From the NCBI GenBank assembly GCA_963575745.1, contig CAUYUJ010000270.1, positions 186,001-250,000 of the forward strand: a stretch of 64,000 bases of DNA. Direction: 5' to 3'. The notes under the pieces are model-generated. The model saw nothing but the letters and a program-made list of their open reading frames with translations, was not told where the DNA came from and made no database searches. Shown here one piece after another: positions 47,238 to 60,512 of the stretch (position 1 is the first letter of the stretch; each line of letters starts with the position of its first letter). Both the position numbers and the translations under genes were made by a program. Origin of the DNA: Prorocentrum cordatum. Lineage: Eukaryota.

Positions 47238-48140
47238 TGACTCAATCGATCTCTCTATCGAACTCACTCAACAGGACACCACGGGACACCACGGGACACT
47301 TGTCGATCTCACTATCGATCTCACTCGACGGGACACCACGGGACACAACGGGCCACCACGGGACACCACGGGACACCGCGGGCCACCTCTCGATCTCACT
47401 ATCGGTCTCACGATCGATCTTACTCAACGGGACACCATAGGACACCACGGGACACCACGGGACACCGCGGGCCACCTCTCGATCTCACTATCGATCTCAC
47501 GATCGATCTCACTATCGATCTTACTCAACGGGACACCGCGGGACACCACGGGACACCGCGGGACACCGCGGGACTTCGCGAGCCACCGCCGGACGGACGG
47601 ACGAACGGGCGGGCGGGGGAGAATCATGTGTCTTGACATCACCCTAGCAACGGCGGACACCACGGGACACCTGTCGATCTCACTATCGATCTCACTATCG
47701 ATCTCACTGTTTGGGGCACCACGGGACACCACATCGATCTCATCGATCTCACTCAACGGGACACCACGGGACACCACGGGACACCTGTCGATCTCACTAT
47801 CGATTTCACTATCGATCTCGCTTTTTGGGACACCACGGGAAACCACGGAACAGCTTGGGGCACCACATCGATCTCATTATCGTTCTCACTATCGATCTCA
47901 CTATCGATCACTATCGATCTCACTCAACGGGACACCACGGGACACCGCGGGACACCGCGGGACTTCGCGAGCCACCGCCGGACGGACGGACGAACGGGCG
48001 GGCGGGGGAGAATCATGTGTCTTGACATCACCCTAGCAACGGCGGACACCACGGGACACCACGGGACACCGCGGGACACCGCGGGCCCCCGCCGGACGGG
48101 CGGGCGGGGGAGAATCATGTGTCTTGACTTCGCCCTAGCG
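47238..48140 (+). repeat. Compound minisatellite (GGGACACCAC / TCGATCTCACTA) with three copies of GAGAATCATGTGTCTTGAC(A/T)TC(A/G)CCCTAGC
   Basis: Direct reading; the conserved block is at ~47619, ~48008 and ~48110. Confidence 0.9.
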
Positions 48141-48384
48141 ACAGCGGGTTCATTCCTCTCGCGCGCCCGCACAGCTTCGCCTCGCCCGCACGCACGACAC
48201 GAACGAAACGAAACGATTTCCGGGCTGGGTGTCTCCGTTCCACTGCGATCTCACCCCCCAACCTCCGATGAATACTACTCTCCTCTCTCCCATGATAACG
48301 TCCGGAAGATGTTCGGCCCCCCTCCGCGTTCTGTTTTTACGCAAGGTTCCAAGAAAATGGGTTTTCGCGTGTTTTTTCCAAGTG

Positions 48385-48570
48385 CTGCTCCCGCTCAAGC
48401 GCTGGCCTCATTTTCGGGCTTCCGCTCGTTCCGAATCGTGCTCCCATTGCAGCGCTGGCCTCATTTCCGCGCTTCCGCTCGTTCCGAATCGTATTCCCGC
48501 TGCAGCGCTGGCCTCATTTCCGAGCTTCCGCTCGTTCCGAATCGTGCTCCCGCTGCAGCGCTGGCGTCAT
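48385..48570 (+). repeat. ~52-nt tandem repeat (GCAGCGCTGGCCTCATTTCCG..CTTCCGCTCGTTCCGAATCGTGCTCCC), 3-4 units
   Basis: Direct reading. Confidence 0.85.
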
Positions 48571-48937
48571 TATTTCCAATGCCATACCACGGCATGCAAT
48601 GCAATGCTATTTGGTGTTCCGGTGTGCGATACCACGCCTTCAGCTGCAATGCTAGGAGATGCAGTGCTTGACTGAGCAGTGCCACGCCATGCTATGCCAT
48701 GCTACGCGTTGATCTCCAACGCCATGCTATGCCAGGTTCTGTTATGTGCCGATGTGCGATGTCTTTAGTTGCGCTGCAATGCTTTATGACACGCAACGCC
48801 ACGCCATGCTATGGCATACTATGCTCTACCATGCTCTCTTCTCCGCCCTGCTATGCCGTGTTCTGCGATGCATCGCGCACCCTCTCGGGATCATTGCCCC
48901 GCTCGACATCCGACTGTGCGAAAAGAGGGGACATCTA

Positions 48938-49007
48938 CGCCATGGCAATGGATGGGAGGGAGGGGTAGGACGTCAGATATGACGCGAGCGCACCTAGCTT
49001 GCCCTCC
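48938..49007 (+). repeat. 70-bp dispersed repeat with a hairpin (second copy at 56028-56097)
   Basis: CGCCATGGCAA.GGATGGG.GGGAGGGGTAGGACGTCAGATATGACGC.AGCGCACCTAGCTTGCCCTCC, 3 mismatches between the copies. Confidence 0.85.
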
Positions 49008-49892
49008 CCCTCTCTCTCGCCTCCCCCCTCACGCGCTCACCCCATCACTTCCCGCCCACCTCCATCCTGCCGTCTCCCCCTCCCCCCTGGCCCAGCCCAC
49101 CCGCCCAGATCCTGCAGCTCCTTCGCGGAATCAACGAAATTCTGCCCCGAGGGCTCGTCCTGCCGGGTCGGGTGAGCGCGAGCGTTGGCGCCAGGCAGAG
49201 GGATTACGGGCGAGCGCTGCACCACGCTCGCGGGAGCGAGCGCGGGGGGGAGGAAGGGGGAAAAGGGAGGAGGGTCGGAGGGCGCCAACTATACACATGC
49301 ACCGATCCTGGCCAGGGTGCGCAAATGCTGCGCCTGCTATATCGCGGTGGGCATCGAAACCCTAAAAAAGACATTCGGGGCGCCGAAGCAAAGCCGAAAC
49401 AAGCGAGCCGCTTGAGACATTCCCCCGATATGGCTGCCAGCAAGAGACGGACTCGATGCGCCGCAAGATGCGAACCGCATGAGACATCCCCCCAGTCTGG
49501 CCGCGAACGGGCGAGTGTCATGCCCCCCTGGCGGCTCCTCCTTGGCGCGCCCGAGTGCCACACCTGATTTCGCGCGGTGGGCCATCGGGCTGTCACATAG
49601 AAACGAGCCCGATGCGCCGAACAAAGCGAACCGCTTGAGACATCTCCCAACTCTGACAGCGAGCAAGCGAATGTCGTGCCCCCCCTGGCGGCTCTTCCTT
49701 GGCGCGCCTGGGTGCCACGCCTATCAGATCGCGGTTGCCACAAGGCTATCAAGAGGATCCCGAGACGCCGAAGCAGGCGAACCGGTCGAGACATCCCCCT
49801 CCCACGCGCGGGTGTCATACCCCCCTGGCGGCCACGCCGACCCTGCGACGTACCCACCACAGCTGCATCAAATGGCTAGATCACTTGGCCCG

Positions 49893-50968
49893 AATCCCAC
49901 CAGCCCTCTGGGCGTAGGTGGTTTAGGGAGTATCCTCGGGGAGGGGCTTACCCCTCCCCCTACCCCCCCCCCACCACCACTGGACCTCGACGAAGGGTTC
50001 CGCGACGCGTTGGGACGTCCAAAACGGCCTCGGCGAGGAAACCCAAATCAGTGGTTTTATCATGGTGTTGGCCCCATGTTGGCCTCCTGATGGGGAGGGG
50101 TTAATTTCCCCCCCCCCCCCGCCTGCGAAGGATCTTCTCCAAGATGGCCCCAAGATGCGCCCATGAGGCCCCCCAAAGCCCCGATGTGGCCCCAAGATGG
50201 CACCACATGGCCCCAAGAAGCCCCCAAGACGCCCCCAGGATGCCCCCAAGAGGTGCCCAAGAGACCCCCGAAAAAGGCCCCAAGAGGCCCCCCCGAGGCA
50301 CCCAATACGCTCCAAGAGGCCTCGGCGAAACTGCCAAAATCACTGACGTTACCAAGGTTTTGGCCACATGTGGGCCTCCTGGGGGGGGGGGTGCTTCAGA
50401 TAACTTCAAGAGCGCCTGGGAGAGCCCAAGATGACCTCCAAGATGGCTCCAATTACCCCAAAATGCCTCAATATGGCCCCCGCGATGCTCCAAGGTGCCG
50501 CAAGACCGCTTCAAGACGGCTCCAAGTAACCAAAGAGCTCCCCCAGGAGGCCCCGAGGGGGCCAACATCCTTCCAATACCTCAGGAGCATCCATGTGTTG
50601 GGCTGTCTCGCCCTTTCGCTTCCGATGGCCATCCGAGGGTTCAAGATGACTCCCAAATGGCCCGAGAGGGCTCCAGGAGCGCCCCCAAGCTCCCAATGGC
50701 GCTTCAAGAGGGCCCCAAGAACGCCCCGGAGGCCCGAGAAGGCCCCAACGAGCGCCCCAGAGGCCTCCAAGAGGCCCCCAAGAGACCCCCAAGAGGCCCC
50801 AAGAAGCTCTCCGAGGCACCCAAGACACTTTAAGAAGCGTCTGGGACCGCCAAGAGGCCCCCAAGACGCTCCAAGAGGCCTCCACTGGGGGACCCTTCCT
50901 CTGCGTGCTGCCCACTTCCCTGATCGAGGCATTTCCTCCGGGCATCGTTTCTGGATGGGCTGGTGGGG
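49893..50968 (+). mobile_element. Non-autonomous Helentron-like element, copy D (3' end interrupted)
   Basis: Starts AATCCCACCAGCCCTCTGGGCGTAGGTGG, has the same CCAAGA-rich body, ends GCATCGTTTCTGGATGGGCTGGTGGGG. Confidence 0.65.
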
Positions 50969-53900
50969 CCACTTTTTGTTCGCGACCGCAAGCGGGCAGC
51001 CGCGCGGCGTCTACGTTCGAATGGCACCAGGCCTGCGTGCAGGCGAGGGCCTAAACAACAGCTGGCAAGCGTGGGAAGGAGGCAGAGCGAAGAAAGAGCG
51101 CGGGCGGTGGACGGGCAACGAAGAGGGCGGGCGACGAACGCGGCGCAGCTCAGAAGCCAACCTCCAAGCCGAAGCGCACCAGGAACCCGTCGCCCTCGAA
51201 GTGCGTGCCCAGCAACGCGCAACCGCAGGCGGCCCACACATCGGCGTCGATCAGACACCGTGAGCCGAACGGCGTGAGCCCGCCAAATGGACGAGCGTGG
51301 AATAAACGCGTCAGTGACCCAGCGTCCCAAATTCCCAAGCGCCAAAACGAGCCGACGAAGATGCATGGCCAGGAAGGGCGCGAAAGTTCCTGTCGCGAAA
51401 GCCGACCAGGAGTATCGAAAGCTGCCAACCCAGCCCGTCCATCACGGCCGCGCGGGACATCGCGGGGTTGCTTTTTTGGGTCGGCGGCTTCAAGGCAACG
51501 GACAGGGGGCGGAAGCGGCGCCCGGGTCACGGCACGGGGCTAATTAACTACAACAGGCAACGCACCTGCAGTATGTACATGCACATGCCAGGAGCAAAAT
51601 GCCCCTCATCGAGACGCATCTCAGCGTCGACTGGCGGTAACTGGGCGTGGGAAGGGCGCGAGGAGTCGCCGAAACGGCGCCAGCTCAAGCAACCCGCAAG
51701 TATGATATGGGGACCACCAAAGTGACACCCGGCACCCTCGAGACCGGGGGAGCCGCGCAGGACGGACATGAACCGGCCAAGTGAGAGCAACCTGAGACCT
51801 ATAGAACAGGCAAGCCAGTGAGAAGCAGGCGCGGCCGGGGCCCGTGCCTACAAATCGATCCAGCCTCTCACGCGCGGCCCAGTTGGTCCGGTGTGGACAC
51901 ATAACAGAACCCGCTGTTGGCGGTGAGTTGTCGCTGAATCCACGTCTGACCACCGATGCCCGTGGACAGAGCACCACTGGGAACGCTCTCGAGCCGCGCA
52001 ACCACCACCTGGGGGGGGGCCTGCGCGCTGACACCGTCTCCGAACAACGCGGTTCGGGGGCGTAACGGTGCCGTCGCACTGCCACGGGGCTGGTAGCTGA
52101 GGCTGCGCCGAGGTCTAGCGGGGCGGAGTCGGATCGCTGCAGGCTGCGCCACACGGCGCAGAACCGTCCACACCGGCCATGGTGAACGACTGGGGCTGCT
52201 GTACCCACTCCACTCCAGCCCCGCGGCATCAGCTGGGGCCAAAGTGGGGCCGTCGACGCAGCCGAACTCCGAGAGCTGGCCGATGCTGCGCCCGCGGTGA
52301 GAACGGGGGCCAGCGGGGGCCAGTGACTGCTCCGTATACAATGCTGAGAGAGGGGCCAGAGGCGTCCTCGTGTTCGCCACCAAGGGCTGTCTGACTGCGG
52401 CGGCGGCGAGGCCCCCGCACCCGGGCGGGGCCGAGAGCTGCCGGGCACGCGGTGCTGTGGACAGCCCGAGAAACACGGAGACAGAACAGGGGGAGGAGGA
52501 GGAGGAGGAGGAGGAGGTGGAGGAGGAGGAGGAGGAGGGGGGGGAGGAGGAGGCGGAGGGGAGAGGCAGCCAAAAACCGCCAGAACGAAGACACGGAGGA
52601 GGAGGGGGGCGGCCGGCGGCCGGGGCGCCGCCCGCGTAGACCTCCCCCCACTTGACGAGCGGCGCCCACCAGGCTTGAACTGGGGGGGGGGGCTGTCTGG
52701 ATGGAAACGGCCACCGGCCACGATCTCTGCATCTCGCGCGGGGGGGGCGCAGCCAGAAGTCGCTGTGCACATATCGGATCGGGAGGGGGCGGGGGGGGGG
52801 GGTTGGGGGCGCAGCCAAGAGCCGCCGTCACGATTGCATTCACCAGCCACGAACGTCTGCATCTCGCGGCGGGGCGGGGGGCGAGGGGGCGATGGGGGGG
52901 GGGGGGGGGGGGCGGCCAAAAGCCGCTGACGCACATATCTGACCGGGGGGGGGAGGGAGAGGAAAGGAGGTGCAGCCAAAAGCCGCCGCCACGATTGCAC
53001 CGACAGAGGAGGAGGGGGGGGCAGTCGTCAGACGCGGTGCGGTCTGCTCAGAATTAGCTCTTCCCTCGTCTCCTGGCGGCCTCTGCGGTGAGAGGCCCGC
53101 CACTGCGGGGGGGGGGTCTAGCCGCCTGTCCCATTGGTGGGTGGACAGCGCCGTCCGACTATAAGGCGCCCCTTCAGGATGCAAGCCACCCGCGGGACAC
53201 GCGGGCCGCCCACAGCGCTGTCCCGGACAAGTGCCCGGTGACGGCCAAGACGCGGCGAGCACGGGAGAGGCGATGCAAGGCCCTGGGCAGCAGAACGGGG
53301 ACGCGAGGGGGCCTTGACCCCCCGCGGGAGGCCCCGGGCCAGAGGGAGGCATCCCAAACGCAACCCACAACATGCAGGGCGGCAATGGGTCAGCTGCCAG
53401 TGGCCAACCTCCACGCACCAGTCCCCCGCGCGTGCGGTGCCAAGATGGGGGGCAGCAAGGCTACTGTGAGGAGACGGCCCGCCCCTGTGTTTTGCGTTTC
53501 TTGGGGGCCTGGTTGTTCGGGCGGCCCTTCGCCGCGTGGTGATCATTGCTCACTCCGCCGCTTCGACCCAGGCGTAGCTGCCACAGCCGAGCCCAGTCGA
53601 CGTCCAGGCCCAGCGCGTCACTGACGGCCCGTACGTCGCACTTGTGGCTGCGGAAGGTTTCCAAGAAGAGGTGGCAGGTTTGCGGGTCGCGCCGAAGCGG
53701 GTCGAGCGCGCCCTTGCTGCCGGGCACAGACTGCCGCATGGCGAAGGCGTTCCAGGTGCCAGTGAACATTGTTCCCAGCGCGACTTGGAGCCGTCTTATC
53801 GCCTCGGCGGGTGTCTCCCCGGGGAGGTCCCACCGGATGTTGTTGATTCCTGTTTTGTACAGCTGCTGCCCCGTGTCGGGGTCCGTGGGCTCTGGCCATT

Positions 53901-54619
53901 GGCGCGGGTCGGGCCCTTGGTGCCGCCGCGCGTCCTGGCCGCGTGTCTCCAACGCACCGGCCTCGTTGACCTGGCCGGAGGGCTCGCGATATGTCCGCGA
54001 CAGCTCCGGCTGCACGCCTGGCGGGGTTCTGCGGGGAACAGCAGGCCGCATGGTTGGCCGCCAGGCGGGGGTCGGATCGCATCCGGCGGCCAGGGCGGAC
54101 GCTGCCTCGTGGTGCGTGTGGAAGGGCCCCTTTCGCTGGCGTTCGCCTTCGGGCATGTGCTCGCCGTCGCTCCCAGGTGCATCCCCTTTGGTCAGCGCAG
54201 GACTCTCTCCGGTCTCTGGGGCGCCGCTGTTTGTGCCAGGCGCGTGCGCGCACGGCGGCGCAGCTTCCATAGCCGGGGCGCGAGCTGCTTTGCCGGTAGC
54301 GCCCTGGACACCTGGAGAGGGCGCCTGGGGGTCGCCGTCCATAAGAAGTTCGCTGACAGGGGGAGGGGGGCGAATATGCGCGAAGGGGTCTCTCCCGACG
54401 AGCCAGTGGATGGCTTCGCTGTCCTGCGTCTGGATGGTTGGTCCGCGGTCTCCCTGCTGGGTCTGTGGCGCCCCCAAAGGACTGCTGACGGTCTGATTGC
54501 TCTGAGGGGGGGATGGGGGTGGCACGGAGTGGCGGGCGAGCTCCTGCTGTCCCGGAATTTCGCTTGGCTGACTGTTGCGGCTGCCGTCGGCACTATCGGG
54601 GGCCGCCCCCTGTCCGCCC

Positions 54620-55330
54620 GGTTCTAATCCAGAGACACGAAAAAAAGCTTGTGCCGCGTCCGCACCTTGCGAGGCTTCCGCGGCTTCCGCCGCTTGGGGC
54701 CCCCGATGCTCCGCGGCTTCCGCAGCCTCCGCCGACTCCGCCGTGACCTCGCAATCCTTTCCTCTGCCCTGCTGGTGCTGCTGAGGGGGCGCGGGGGCCT
54801 CGACGTCTTCCCGTGTGTTCTTTTTGGGGTCGCTGGGTGGCTCTTGTTGCTGCGGGGGGGGGGGGGGGGGGGGGCTGCTGCTGCAGCTGCGGGGCGCTGT
54901 TGCTGCTGCTGCTGCAGCTGCTGCTGCAGTGCTCTGATCCAGAGACACGAGTGGGGGCTTGCGCCACTTCAGCACCTTCCGAAGCTTCTGTCGCTTCGGG
55001 CCCCCGATGCTCCGCGGCCTCCGCCGACTCCGCCGTGGCCACCTGCTTCTTTTCTCTGCCCTGCGGGGTGTCTTGTTGCTGCGGCGGGGGGGGGGGGGGG
55101 GGGGGCTGCTGCTGCAGCTGCGGGGCACTGTTGCTGCTGCTGCTGCAGCTGCTGCTGCAGTGCTCTGATCCAGAGACACAAGTGGGGATTTGCGCCACTT
55201 CCGCACCTTCCGAGGCTTCCAACGCTTCGGGCCCCCGATGCTCCGCGGCCTCCGCAGCCTCCGCCGTGACCACCATCTTCTTTTCTCTGCCCTGCGGGGT
55301 GCTGTTGCTGCTGCTGCTGCTATTGTGGTC
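54620..55330. repeat. Three diverged ~230-310-bp tandem units (ATCCAGAGACAC...GGCCCCCGATGCTCCGCGGC) in a CTG/CGG-rich tract
   Basis: ATCCAGAGACAC at ~54627, ~54937 and ~55167. Confidence 0.85.
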
Positions 55331-58300
55331 GCTGGGGGGCCTGCCGCGGTGGCTGCTGCGGCTGCTGCCCTGCTGCTGCTGCAGCAGCTGCTGGGCCCCG
55401 TTGCTGCTGCTGCTGCTGCTGTTGCTGCTCTGCGGCTGTGCTGCTGCGTCTGCCCGCGGCTGTTGCTGCTGCTTGTGCTGCTGCGGCAGTTGCTGCTGCG
55501 GCTGTTGCTGCTGCTCGCCGCGGCGGCGGCGGCGGCGGCCGCCGCCGCGGCGCCGGCGGCCGCAGCGGCGGCAGCGGCGGCGCCAGTTGCAAGGCCCGCA
55601 GCGCCGGCCCCAGCGGCGCCCGCGGTGCCAGCGCCGCCCGCGGCGGCGGCGGCGGCGGCGGCCGCCGCGGCGCCGGCGGCCGCTGCGGCGGAAGCGGCGG
55701 CGCCAGCCAAAGTCTAACCGCGCTATTCGGCACCTAGCCCACAAGCATACGGCACCCAGGATACACGCGCATACTACCCACCACCACAACCAGCACCAGC
55801 ACCAGCACCAGTACCAACACCACCACCACCAGCACCACCACCACCAGCACCACCACCACCACCATCACCACCACCACCACCACCACTACCACCACCACGA
55901 CCACCACCACGACCACCACGACAACCACGCACACACGCACGCACGCACGCGCACCACCACCCACTACGCACGCGCGCGCGGAGCCACAGGTCCGCTACGA
56001 CACGCGCCCGCGGATAGAGAAAATCAGCGCCATGGCAAGGGATGGGCGGGAGGGGTAGGACGTCAGATATGACGCAAGCGCACCTAGCTTGCCCTCCTCC
56101 CCCCCCTCCTCCTCCGCCCCCCTTCCCCCCCTTTCTCCCCCGTGTCTCTTCCACCTTGTCTTCCGAATTCGCCGCGGCGGCAAGCGCCACCCGTCCGCTT
56201 ACACCATAGCTCCGGCGGCGCCCGCGGCGCCCCCCCCCCGAAACTTAGCCCCCCCGCTCAGCAGCTCAGTCAGTCGCCCTCCGCAGCAGCCCTCGCGCGA
56301 GCGCACCCGCGCTCGAAGGCCACGTTGATGGCGGCCCCCCCAGTGCAACCGGACTTCGTCGAAGCCTGGGGGGGCGGGGCAGCGGCAGGCGAGGGGGGGG
56401 GGGGAGAGGCCGAGTTGGGGCGGGGGCGAGGAGGGCGAGCAGGAGGAGGGCGAGGAGGATGAGGAGGACGAGGAGACGGAAATGGAAGACAGGGGGGGCG
56501 GCAGCGGGCCCCCCCCCCCCCCCCCTCATCACTTTGTCTGGAACGAACTACTCCCCCTCATCATCCGCCTCCTCCTTTTTTCCCCCTCCTCCTCCTCTTC
56601 CTCTTCGCCTCCTCCTCGTCGCATCATCATCCCCTCTCATCGTCTTCCCCCTGGCCCCCCTCCTGCCCGCCACTCCTCCCCCCCCCCCTGCCCTCATCAT
56701 CATCCCCCTTGTCCTCCTCCCTCCTTATTATCCTCCCTCCCCCCCATCCTCCTCCACCCATTTCTCTTCCGACCCCTCGCGTTCCTGCTCCTCCTCTTTC
56801 CCCCTCTCCTCGTCCTCCTCGTCCTCTTCCTCCTCCTCCTTCTCCTCCCCCCTTCTCCTCGCCTTGCCCCTCCTCCTCCCTCCTCCTCCTCCCTCGTCCT
56901 CCCCTCGTCGCCCTCCTCCTCCTCCTCCTCCTCGTCCTCGTCCTCACGTCCTCGTCCTCGTCCACGCCTCGCCCCCCCGCCCCCCCCCCCTCCCCCCCCC
57001 CCTCGCCCTCCCCCCCCCCGGCCGCCCGCTGGCCCTGGTGGCGCCTGCCCAAGCCGCACGCCTTAGCGCCTCGCTCGATGTCGCGCCCGGCGCGCTCGTC
57101 GCCCTGCGGGGGGGCCCGGGGGCGGCTCGCGAGCACGAGGCGCACCGCCTGCGCCGCCCCCATTAGCCCCATGGCGCAGAGACGCGCACCAGCCACGCAC
57201 GCCGACCGGCACTCACCCTGGCGGCAGAAGATGAGCACTATAGCCCCGCGCGGCGCCGCAGCCAGGGTTTTTTCATCGCACCCCTCAGCTGCTGCGCGAC
57301 CCCGCGGTAATTCCACGATGCTGGCAAGTGGACTGGGCCCTCCAGCCCTGCCGCCCACTGCCGCGCCCCGCCCGAAGGCCCGGCGCCGAGGCAATCCACC
57401 AGGATGTCCCAGTCCAAGCGATTAGCCCCATCCTGCACAGCCGCCACGCCGCCAAGCCACCAGTTCATCCCTGAGGTTCACAGGAGCTTGTTTTAAGATT
57501 ACGAAGATATGGATATTATAATAAGATTCAGCATCTTATTTATAAGCTGCAGAAAATAGGTTCTTCAATACATGCAGCTGTTTATTTGCGTCGGCGCCGA
57601 CAGGCGCGATGAAACATGAGTTTGCGTGAGGCGTGTGCCGATTTGGGCAATTTGGGATCTGTCTGCGCCTACTTGGGCCGCATGTAGAAAGCAACCGAGC
57701 TACCAGCGGCATCAAGGGTCGCGCAGAATTGAGCCAGCCAAATTTCCTCCTCCTCCTGCCCCTCCTCCTGCTCCTCCTCCTGCTCCTCCTCCTGCTCCTC
57801 CTTCTGTTCCAGTTCCTCCTCCTCCTCCTCCTGCTCCTCCTCCTCCTTCCTTTCCCTTTCATCCTCCCTTGTTTTTTTGTCATTCCCATCCTTGCCCTCT
57901 CCCTCCTCCTCCTCCTCCTCCTCCTCCTCGTTATCATCCCCAGCTGCTCCTTGTCCTCCCAATCGTTTCTTGGCCTTTGATCCTCAGCTTCTTCATCGTT
58001 GTTTTCCTCTTCTCTCCTCCTCCTCCTTCTCCTCCTCCTCCTCCTTCTCCTCCTCCTCCTCCCCCTCCTCCTCCTCCTCCTCCCCCTCCTGCTTAGTTTG
58101 CTGTTCCTCTACTTCTCATCCTCGCCGACAGTTTTCTCGAATCGTGCGAACGTGTGCTCTCGATTGCAAGTGTTAATCTCGCTCTTCTTTTCTCACTCTT
58201 AAGATTCGGACTGAAATCCCAAACTGTTACCCACCATTTGGGGATACATAAAACAAGAATGAAACTTCTTGGAAACGCAGGGGTTCGCGATATAGCACGC

Positions 58301-59322
58301 GTGCACCCCTGCAACATGAGGGGGGGGGAGGATCAGGAGGAGGAGGAGGAAGATCAGGAGGAGGAGGAGGAGGAGAAGGAATGGGACGAGGAAGACGACA
58401 ACGAGGAGGACGAGGAGGACGAACACGAGCAGGAGGAGCAGGAGCACAAGCAGGAGCAGGAGGGAGCTGCAAGGATGTAGGAGGAGAAGGAGGAAGAGGA
58501 GGAGAAGAGGGAAGAGGTGAGGAGAAGGAAGAAGTGGAGGATAATGAGGAAAAGCAGGAGGTGGTGGGAGGAGGTAGGACGAGGTGGGAGGAGGTAGGAG
58601 GAGCAGAATGAGGATGAGGAGGATGAAAAGAAGGAGGAGGAGGAGGAGGAGGAGGAGGAGGAGGAGGAGGACCAGGAGGAGGAGGTTGAGGAGGAGGAGG
58701 AGGAGGAGACGGCGGAGGAGGAGGAAGAGGAGGAGGAGGAGCAGGAGGAACAGAAAATTCGGAATGAGGAGGGAGGGAGGGAGGAGGGAGGAGGGGGGAG
58801 GGAGGGAGGGGATGGCGAGACTGGGTGCCCTGGCGCCCGCCTGGGGCGTTCGATCGCTTGCCATGGGTGCGAGCTTCCGCGCCTGCTTCGGGGAGATCTC
58901 TAGGGGCCTCGGCGTTCGCGAAATCCCTTTAGAAGGCCTGTTCGTCCGTCGTCATTCGACCGTTGCTGTTTTCTTTTATGCGTGCATAATTGCGCGTGTG
59001 CGTGCTTTTGTGTGTGCGTGTGTGTGTGTGGGTGTGTGTGGTGTCTGCGTTGTGTGCGCGCCGTTTGGCTGTTAGTGCGAGTGTGCGCGCTTGGTTATTT
59101 GCCTGAAGGGTCTGTGATGTGATTGTGCTTTTGCGTGCGTGCGTGCGCATGTGTGTGTGTGTGTGCGTGTTTGCGCGCATCTTTTTGTTTTGCACGCGTG
59201 CCTCTGCACCATCCTTCGACTGCGAACTCTCTAGCGCTGCGCTGACCCAAGACTGTTGCACAACGGCGCTGGCCTAAACACGGAACTATTGACGCAACAC
59301 AGTGGTGAATCACATTCACGGG

Positions 59323-60486
59323 TCACCGATGCAAGGGGCAATTCTTGTAGTCTGTTTCGGCCATGTCGCTGATAGCTTTGCACATGGCCTCTGGATAGGC
59401 TGCTGATACTTTCGTCAACGATTTGACTCCATCCGTCCATTTGCCCTTTTTCACAGTCAGCGGTACAGACGATGTCCCCTCCTCTTCCCTCTTGCGCTTC
59501 ACACAGCGCTTAGTCTTCTCGAGCCAGTAGCACCCCGTGGGGTTAGTGAGGCGAAGTTCGAACGGCTTCTCTGAGAGAGCTCCGAACGCACCTCCATACG
59601 TAACAATTCTCTCGGCCTTGACCGTGTCCAAAACTGTGGCGATAGGACTGAACTTGAACATCAAAGACGCGAGGGGTTGCTCCAAGGTAAAATAGCAACC
59701 GCGTACATCAGCCATCAAAATCAAGTTTGATGTGAGCTGGGCGCAAGCATTGTCAGCTCTGGTTTTTTCCATCGAAGTATCACCTTTCATATTTTCAGGC
59801 GTCCTCTTGTAAGTATTCCGAGTCAAAAACACGAGCCAAGACGAACAATCGGGGCTGAACCATGCCGTGCCGCCCTGCTTCAGAGAGCGGATGAGGTACA
59901 CTGCGTACATGAGTCCGTAAATCGACAGCACGTTCTCTTTATGCGAGTTGACTTTGTCAAACGATTTTGCTCGATATCCCTTTTCCTGGTGCGCGCGTGC
60001 TGCTCCGCCCTTGCCGCCGAAGACCAGCGCCAAATGAAGGACTCGTGGCACGCGCCCCCCTGGGAGACTGTCAAAGTATTCAGACACAACTGACCAGAGA
60101 GCAGCCACAGGCACGAGCATTGGAGTAAATATGAATAGCTCCTGAAGGGGTACAAACGTCGGCGTGAAAAATGAGTGTGTGTGTGCGTGTGTGTGCGCGC
60201 GCGTTTGCTTGCGCCTTCCGTGCCACGGTGGGCACAAGCAAACGCGCACAATCAATCACTCTGAATCGTCCTTGCCCCGATGGTCCATCCACCCTTCCCT
60301 GCTTCTGTTTGTTTCCCTTTCCATCCTTTCGAATCCTTCTCTTCCTCCTTCCCTCCTCTCCTCATTCCCTCCTTCAATCCATCCGTGCTTCCCTCCTTCT
60401 GAAGGCCCTGGGTCCTTGAAGCCAAGGGTAGATGCCACTTGGACAGCAGCATCACGCAACCATGGAGGATGCTCTTGAAATTCCAT
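59323..60486 (-). CDS. C5-cytosine DNA methyltransferase-like protein; model join(60486-60415, 60141-59323), ~296 aa
   Basis: LVFGGKGG (motif I FxGxG), SFDK, AWFSPDCSSW (motif IV PxC), FTLEQP (VI), GAFGALSEKP (VIII-like), SAAYPEAMCKAI (X-like). A phase-0 intron AAG|GA...CTTCAG|GAG links an ATG-bearing first exon. Confidence 0.75.
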
Positions 60487-60512
60487 CTTGCCAAAGTGCA
60501 GCAAGTCTCATC

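Noticed and set aside
47238..48140. CRISPR-like repeats GAGAATCATGTGTCTTGAC...
   Set aside because: Only three copies, irregularly spaced and separated by repetitive rather than unique sequence.
56400..58860. Poly-Pro/Leu/Ser/Glu ORFs
   Set aside because: (CCT)n/(GGA)n microsatellite artefacts.
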